Part shown: positions 56,272 through 64,000 of the stretch, one piece after another
Numbering within the stretch: position 1 is the stretch's first letter
Layout: each line of letters begins with the position of its first letter
Assembly: GCA_951406725.2 (NCBI GenBank)
Contig: OX597835.1
Coordinates: 32,674,001-32,738,000 of the forward strand
Origin: Octopus vulgaris
Taxonomy: Eukaryota
Length of the DNA stretch: 64,000 nucleotides
Reading direction: 5' to 3'
Position numbers and translations under genes: made by a program
The notes under the pieces: model-generated
Databases searched by the model: none
Seen by the model: only the letters and a program-made list of their open reading frames with translations
Told to the model about the DNA's origin: nothing

Positions 56272-56624
56272 GTCCGGAAAGTTCGTCCCGATTTATCGTA
56301 GCTTACCATTCGACTTATTTTAGCACATGGTTGAGTGCATAAAATAGGATTTGACTACACCTCCATTTAGAGCACAGTTTAAGCTATCTTTTCGTGGAAG
56401 AAAGTTTATGTTCCTATAATCTATTATGTGTATTTATTCATTTATTTATTTATTTATTTATATTACCTCAACGTCCAAACTTCCTCATTCTACATTGAGT
56501 GAAAGACGGGATGGACGCTTCGTTTTTGTGCTGGTGCCCCACTATGTCGTACGCGACTGAGAGGATTTGCATCCCCAACGTAGAATTTATGATGTAATAC
56601 ATGTCCTTGAAGTAGTAATTGTGC

Positions 56625-56702
56625 GTGGCTGAAGAAGGCCATAGACACACATTAAACATTGTTATAAATCCGTCTAATAAAGGCCCGAAACATATGTACC
56701 GC
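56625..56702 (+). ncRNA. Type I hammerhead ribozyme in a PLE-like end (~56465-56850)
   Basis: Stem I GUGG/CCGC; CUGAAGA; stem II GGCC..GGCC extended by UAGAC/GUCUA; GAAA; palindromic ACAUAUGU; GUA site. Confidence 0.75.
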
Positions 56703-56846
56703 CGAATTCTTGGCATCATGTCTTTATTTTGATTAATTTACTCTACCACCTACACCACCAAATGGTATATACAGATCCTTACAATTATCAAGTACTCACC
56801 CTGAATTTTTGTACCCAACTCACCTACGTTGTCACCTGGATTGGAT

Positions 56847-56904
<58 letters not shown>

Positions 56905-57487
56905 TATATATGTATTGACAATTCTATGAACTTCACTTGACATCAATTATTTGCTGGTTAGAACTTGCAAAATGGTATCAGAATTTAATTCGTTAATCAA
57001 CTTATCCATTAAATCTTTTTTTTTCTTTCATGAAGTATAAAATATATTGTAATAGTTCCTTGTGTTTTTTCATTTTTTATAATTGAATGTCTTGGAATTC
57101 GATATTTAGGAATCTTGGTTGTTTTGTTTCTACATTGATTTGAGAATACATTATTTAGAACATTTAGCGTTGTTGTGTTCCAATCAATAATTCTGCCTGG
57201 GGTATATACTTCATAATAATTAAGACTTGTTAAGAAAACAACAAACATTTTCATTCCGATATATTAAGATTTTGTAAATCTTGTATCGCACTTTAGATCT
57301 TGTACAAATTGTGCTTATTAATAAAACGTTACCTTAATAGATGCAGACATGGCAGCTACGTAGATTCGGGTGCAGAATCAAGTGTGCGGCATCTTCGGCG
57401 AGTCTCTTCTAATATAGCTCCTGTCTGATCAATGACGTTTGAGTGAATTCGGTTGATGGAAAGTGCGTCGAAAGTTGTCATTCACAA

Positions 57488-57528
<41 letters not shown>

Positions 57529-57899
57529 CCTTGAGTCAATCCGTTACTTCTTCCAAACATTGATGATATAAATGTGTGCATTTATGTATGTATGTACGTA
57601 TGTATGTGTATATATGTAAATTATATGCATATATATATCACCGTGACCGACCAGGCTATCAGATGTTGCTACAAGATTTACTTGTTTCCAGGGTTGCATT
57701 AATTCTTTGCTGGACAGGTTTTCAGAAAACTGGAAACGAAGAAACATAATATTTTATGAAGGTTAAGCTTGTTTACAACTATGATGCAATTGCAAGACAA
57801 GACCACCACCACCACCACCACATACACTCAGTGGGCTTCCACACAGTTTCCATCTAGGAAATCCACTCTCAAGTCTTTGATTAGCCTGGGGCTGAAGAT

Positions 57900-58195
57900 T
57901 GTTCCTTCTCGAGCCACGCCTGGCTCATAGAGCCAGTTTTCCATTTTCCTTGGCGTATAGGTTCCCCACCTGGACGGGACGCCGGTCCGTCGCAGGTGAG
58001 CTGCAAGATGCAGGAGGAAAGATTGAGAGAAAGTTGTGGTGAAAGAGTCAGCAGAAGTTCGCCATTACCTTCTGCCGGAGCCGCATGGAGCTTAGATGTT
58101 TTCGCTCATAAACACACACATCTCCCGGTCTGAGATTCGAACCTGCGATCCCTCGACCGCAAGTCTGCTGCACTAACTAGTAGGTCATGTGCCTC

Positions 58196-58198
<3 letters not shown>
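57900..58198 (-). mobile_element. SINE family C variant (V-like domain)
   Basis: Reverse complement contains cctgcgacggaccggcgtcccgtccagg. Confidence 0.8.
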
Positions 58199-58262
<64 letters not shown>

Positions 58263-58286
58263 CATATACAGTATATATATATTTAT

Positions 58287-58318
<32 letters not shown>

Positions 58319-59511
58319 GTTTATGTATATGTATATATATGCACATGTATATATATACTTACAGACATGCTGTTATATATGTATTCATAATAAGGTGTGG
58401 GTGAAGACGAAGCTACGACACCGAGTGTACATACATAAATTTGCATATAAATATACTGACGTACACTAAAAGCATATTCGATATTTAGATATGATATGTA
58501 ATTACATATTTATGCAAATATTATGTACTTACATACATGCGTGTGTGCGCGTGTGTATATGTCTACGTGTTCGAGAGCGTGTGTGTGTGCGTATGCGTAT
58601 GCATATACGCTTGTGTGTGAATAGACGGGGAGCTAGACTGATCGATTTGGGCTTTACATAATGAGACAGACAAGTTTAGAATCGTTAAAATTGGTTGAAG
58701 AAACAGATGCCATGACCATAGCTATTGCTTCAATTACAATATTTCACATAAAAACGATTTTATTACACCAGAATTCTTTGATGTCTCTCGCAGAACTTTG
58801 TTAAAATCGATCCAAGACATTGGTTTGCTTCGATTATTAGCAATTCTCTCTTAGTGACCTGACATTAGTAATTCCATTTGAAATATACGTTTTACATTCA
58901 GTAATAAAACTGTTGTATTTTATAAAACTATTATTTGAGGTTTGTCTTTTATACGTTAAGAATTACTAATGTTATTCGTAGAATAGTTGTGTATGTTATA
59001 AATATTAAATACTATGAGATTTTCTGAAGTCTGTCATAAAACCTGGAAAGGAAGAAGCTTAAATAATGCTGTTTGTAGGAAATGTTATATAGTTTTTGCA
59101 ACGAAACACACACACACACACACACACACACATAGCTAGATAGATAGAAAGGTAGAAAGATAGAAAGATAGATAGATATACACATATTCATGTACATACA
59201 TACATGCATACATACGTTTATTCTTTTACTTGTTTCAGCCATTTGACTGCGCCCATGATGGAGCACCGCTTTTCAGTCGAAGAAATCGACTCAAGGACTT
59301 ATTCTTTGAAAGCCTGGTACATGTTCTATCGTTCTCTTTTGTCAAACCACTAGGTCAAGGGTGTGTAAACCCAACAAAATCGGTTGTCAAGCTATGTAGA
59401 GGGGCAAACATAAACACAAATACATACACACATAAATAAATACACACACATATATCTTTTACAACGGGCTTCTTTCAGTTTCTGTCTAAGAAATGCAACC
59501 TTTTCAATAGT

Positions 59512-59815
59512 TTTGACTCTCTTCGGGTGCATAGTGGGGTAGTCTATAGTTACCTCGATACTTTGGTGGATGGAGTTAGCTATTTGCTGGATGCTCGCCA
59601 TCACGTTCTTCTCACTTTCTACATTACATTCACTAGAGTTGGTCCTAACTATGATATTAACGTCATCTGCATAGCTACTGTAGAGTAGAAGAATTGTGGA
59701 CTGTTCTGCTAACATTTGTTTAAGTTTTTTGTCCCACCAGGTCAGGAAGAGCCCAGGAAGATCTCTAGCTCTACCCATACCAATGGCTGCACCTTGAACC
59801 TGCATGTATATTGAA
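59512..59815 (-). pseudogene. Penelope-like reverse transcriptase fragment
   Basis: QVQGAAIG...LFLTWWDK...LYSSYADDVN...IANSIHQSIEVTIDYP = PLE RT motifs 4-6. Confidence 0.75.
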
Positions 59816-59817
59816 GA

Positions 59818-59956
59818 CTATTGAAAAGGTTACAAGACGCAACGAAAATTTTAGGAAAATAAAATTAAGAAATAAGTGGAAATTTTACCGTTGAATGTGT
59901 TACATTATAAGTCCCAAAAAGAAAATGACTCACCCCAGACACAACGGAATATATTT

Positions 59957-60010
<54 letters not shown>

Positions 60011-60130
60011 CGTTGTGTCTGGGGTGAGTCATTTTCTTTTTGGGACTTATAATGTAACACATAACGGTAAAATTTCCACTTATTTCTTAATTTTATTTTC
60101 CTATTTTCGTTGCGTCTTGTAACCTTTTCA
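59818..60130. mobile_element. Two PLE termini facing each other across a (TA)n tract
   Basis: 59822-59950 and 60005-60130 are reverse complements. Confidence 0.8.
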
Positions 60131-60152
60131 TATAATATACATATATATATAT

Positions 60153-60208
<56 letters not shown>

Positions 60209-60229
60209 TAAATTATATATAATACATAA

Positions 60230-60552
60230 ATAAATTAGAGATAAAACCACTATTAGGCAACTCAAACAGTGATAGACATAAACCAAAACATAAAACATAA
60301 AAAATAAATATAATTAATATAATATATAATATATATATATTTAAAATATAACATTTTAAATTTCATATATATATATATATATATTATATTAATTATATTT
60401 ATTTTTTTGATTTTTATGTTTTGGTTTATGTCTATCACTCTTTGAGTTGCCTAATAGTGGTTTTATCTCTAATTTAATTTATATTTATACTGTGAAATTT
60501 GATTTAACGCTAAATCTAATTTTCCCTTGTAAGTTTGGATATACTCCCTAAT
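60230..60552. mobile_element. PLE-like hairpin with one-sided extension
   Basis: Arms ~60232-60330 and ~60378-60476; extension 60477-60552 resembles the reverse complement of 22900-22990. Confidence 0.65.
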
Positions 60553-61196
60553 AAAAAAAAAAAAGATATATATATATATTTCGCTGGGAATCGAACTCAC
60601 CATTAGAAATATGATTGCTAGTGTTCGGTTTAGAGCTCCAGGATTATCATCTGCTGCAACTGTAGGTTTTCGTTGCTTCTATACTTACTAATATTATATA
60701 TATATAAAGACATTATTTTCTGCACTACATTATAAGCACAAAATTCATTAAAAGATAACATGAGCATATCTACGTGCATACATGTATACATATATGCATA
60801 CACACATACAAGCCTACATATATTAGTATTCATGCGATGATAAAAGCTTAGTTTCAGCAACGCTAATCAACACCGCGACTATAGATTGCTATTAAATTTA
60901 TTTATCATTTCGTAATAAACATCGTGATTAATCTCATAACACGTTTTTCTCTTCCCCAGAAGATCTGGTACTACTTAATGAAAATAGATTCCATGTATTT
61001 CAAATTGATATAAAAAAGTTACCTAAGAAAGCAATAGATTAAATCCATGCGAATGTTTTAAACTAATTAATTTATTTTCGGATTAATCATTGCAAAATGA
61101 ACGAAAACTTGGGTATAGTGTACAAAAACACTAATTATGCTGGAAGTTAAACTCTGGTGTACAGGCTGTACGCGTTAAACACGGTTAAACACGGTG

Positions 61197-61797
61197 TACA
61201 AGGAGGTGTTGAGAAATTTCTGGCTTTGGGTAAAAGAAAATACAGGAGGATTAGTTATTTGGAAGCACTCCGTCGGTTACGACGATGAGGGTTCCGGTTG
61301 ATCCGATCAACGGAACAGCCTGCTCGTGAAATTAATGTGTAAGTGGCTGAGCACTCCACAGACACGTGTACCCTTAACGTAGTTCTCGGGGATATTCAGC
61401 GTGACACAGAAAGTGACAAGGCCGGCCCTTTGAAATACAGGTACAACAGAAACAGGAAGTAAGAGTGAGAGAAAGAGTGGTGAAAAAGTACAGCAGGGAT
61501 CACCACCATCCCCTGCCGGAGCCTCGTGGAGCTTTAGGTGTTTTCGCTCAATAAACACTCACAACGCCCGGTCTGGGAATCGAAACCGCGAGTCCGCTGC
61601 CCTAACCACTAGGCCATTGTGCCTCCACATTAGTTATTTAAGGTTGTGTTCAACGTATTTCCCTCTCAGATTCACACATTTATAGTAGTTGTCCCTCAGT
61701 TTATCTAAGCCCTGAAAAAGATCTCAGAAGTTTGTGCCACCAGCCAGGCCTTTCGTAATATCCTTAAAGCTAAGAACTTTGTAGCATACCCTCGTAT
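61197..61797. mobile_element. mariner-type MITE interrupted by SINE C (61261-61628, TSD attagttattt)
   Basis: Degenerate TIRs tacaaggaggtgttgagaaatttctggcttt / aaagctaagaactttgtagcataccctcgta; 11-bp TSD at 61250-61260 and 61629-61639. Confidence 0.75.
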
Positions 61798-61860
61798 ACA
61801 TACATACACACATACATACATACATACATACATACATACATACATACATACATACATACA

Positions 61861-61892
<32 letters not shown>

Positions 61893-62338
61893 ATCCGACA
61901 CAGAATATGTCAAGGCTGACCCTTTGAAATACCAATAAAGCTCATTCTTCCCAGGGGATTCGACTTGAACAGCATAAAATAAAGTGTCTTGCTCCAGGAT
62001 AAAACACGTTGCCGAGAATCGAACTCACGGCCTTCCGAACATGAACCGAATATCAAACCACTAAGCCACGCGCCTCGTGCAAATATTCCAAGAGTCCAAG
62101 TTGTTCTTCGGCGTAAATTTCTTTTGAGTCAATAAAATATTTCTTTGCATTGAACCCACGTTTAAGTGCTATCAGCCACATCAGAACCCAGCTGCACTTA
62201 TGGATTTTTGTATACGCGTTTACTTTTCCCAAGAAGGAAGTTATATGGGGAACTCGAGGTCCTTCACTGCCAGTGGTTCACATGCCAGTGGTTCACATGC
62301 CAGTTAACCCATACGTAGGACCAGGTGTTAATATTCCG

Positions 62339-62940
62339 GGCGGTGAGCTGGCAGAAACGTTAGCACGCCGGGGGAAATGCTTAACGATATTTCATCTGCC
62401 GCTACGCTCTGAGTTCAAATTCCACCGAGGTCGGCTTTGCCTTCCATCCTTTCGGGGTCGATAAATTAAGTACCAGTTACGCACTGGGGTCGATGTACTC
62501 GATTTGATCCGTTTGTCTGTCCTTGTTTGTCCTCTCTATGTTTAGCCCCTTGTGGGTAGGAAAGAAAAAGATATTTCGTCTGCCGCTACGCTCTGAGTTC
62601 AAATTCCGCCAAGGTCGACTTTGTTTTTCATCCTTTCGAGGTCGATAAATTAAGTACCAGTTACGCACTGGCGTCGATGTACTCGATTTGATCCGTTTGT
62701 CTGTCCTTGTTTGTCCCCTCTATGTTTAGCCCCTTGTGGGTAGGAAAGAAAAAGATATTTCGTCTGCCGTTATGCTCTGTGTTCAAACTCCGCCGAAATC
62801 GACTTTGCCTTGCATCCTTTCGAGATCGATTAAATAAGTACCAGTTACGCACTGGGGTCGATGTAATCGACTAAATCTCTTTGTTTGTCCTTGTTTGTCC
62901 CCCCTATGTTTAGCCCCCCTGCGGACAAAAAAGAAATAAA
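62339..62940 (+). mobile_element. SINE family B trimer, 184-bp period
   Basis: Units start with gatatttc at 62386, 62570 and 62754; only the first has the 5' head. Confidence 0.9.
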
Positions 62941-63481
62941 TATTCCCGGTCAGATAAGACACTGGGACAATAGTGGCTAAGAAGTGGTTCCACATACCCC
63001 AAAACACTGGAACTCCATCAGAAAGTCCCCACTACCGTACACGGTTTAAAGTAATATGTATGTATTTATAAACATCCATCCAGCCATTCACCCAACCATC
63101 CAACCATTCATTCATCCATACACACATTTATTCATTCATTCATTCATACGTACATGCCTACATACACGTATACTTACATACATAAATACATGCATACATA
63201 TATACATAAAATACATACGCAGGAATATGATATTTACCCCCATTATTTTAGATGGAAGTAATTTGAAAAATTAAATTGACATGAATAGAATGGTGCTAAA
63301 TGTAACAGTTTCGGAGCCAGAAAATTAATTTTGTATTAGAAACAAAAGAAAATTTACGGATAAATTTATCACAACCTAACTGAAGTTTATTTGTTTCCTG
63401 GTATTTTTCCTACCTAAATTTACAGAGCTGGATTTACCGAAAATTTATTTCAGATTCTTCACTATTACATACACACAAACA

Positions 63482-63537
<56 letters not shown>

Positions 63538-64000
63538 GAAATATGGCGCTCCTCAAATTTAACCTTTGAACGTTGGTATTTATCTCTTTGCCTCTCTTGA
63601 TGCAAAAACAAAAGCGAAAAAAGATAAAAGTATAAGAAAAAGAGAATCTAAGCAATATAGATTCGTTGGCTATCAGTGTTCGATGCAACAACAGTTAAAT
63701 TGTAAAAGTCAAAAATAAGCAACCATTCTGAAATGTTACACCTCGAAGGCTGCTAAGTTTGTACTTGGAGATGAAGCAGTGTTTATGACTTAATAATCCT
63801 AGGTTTTGTTGGGTGATTTATTATTTTTGTTTTGCTGGGTTTTACTATCGATTGTCTTTGGTCGGCATTCCACCAGATTATGAATCTAAAAGACTACAAG
63901 CTGAAGATTTATTACCGTTTATACAAACGATGTTGACTAAATGGGAAGAAATAATAATAAAATTTGATCTACACCAAAAGAATGTCTGATGGATATCACA

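Noticed and set aside
63800-64000. Possible coding exon at the window end
   Set aside because: Short frames with no recognisable motif; cannot be supported

Overview
AT-rich, microsatellite-dense eukaryotic DNA made almost entirely of transposable elements. The SINE families and repeat landscape resemble an octopus/cephalopod genome (inference). No host protein-coding exon can be supported. Main contents: (i) a full-length, frameshifted L1-clade (Tx1-like) LINE at 34745-40242 with an 18-bp TSD; (ii) a full-length degenerate mariner (32000-33271), Tc1/mariner relics and a non-autonomous Helitron; (iii) Dong/R4-like, RTE-like and CR1-like LINE fragments; (iv) four modular tRNA-derived SINE families; (v) many short Penelope-like (PLE) derivatives at (TA)n tracts. 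The PLE derivatives carry minimal type I hammerhead ribozyme (HHR) motifs and share an asymmetric tail-out hairpin architecture. They include a tRNA-headed HHR element (24993-25421) and a ~358-bp tandem retrozyme-like unit. Also notable: SINE multimers joined at a fixed anticodon-arm site, a SINE/LINE 3' tail pair with a covarying stem, and a decayed 124-bp-period tRNA-like array. All folds and alignments were made by eye.
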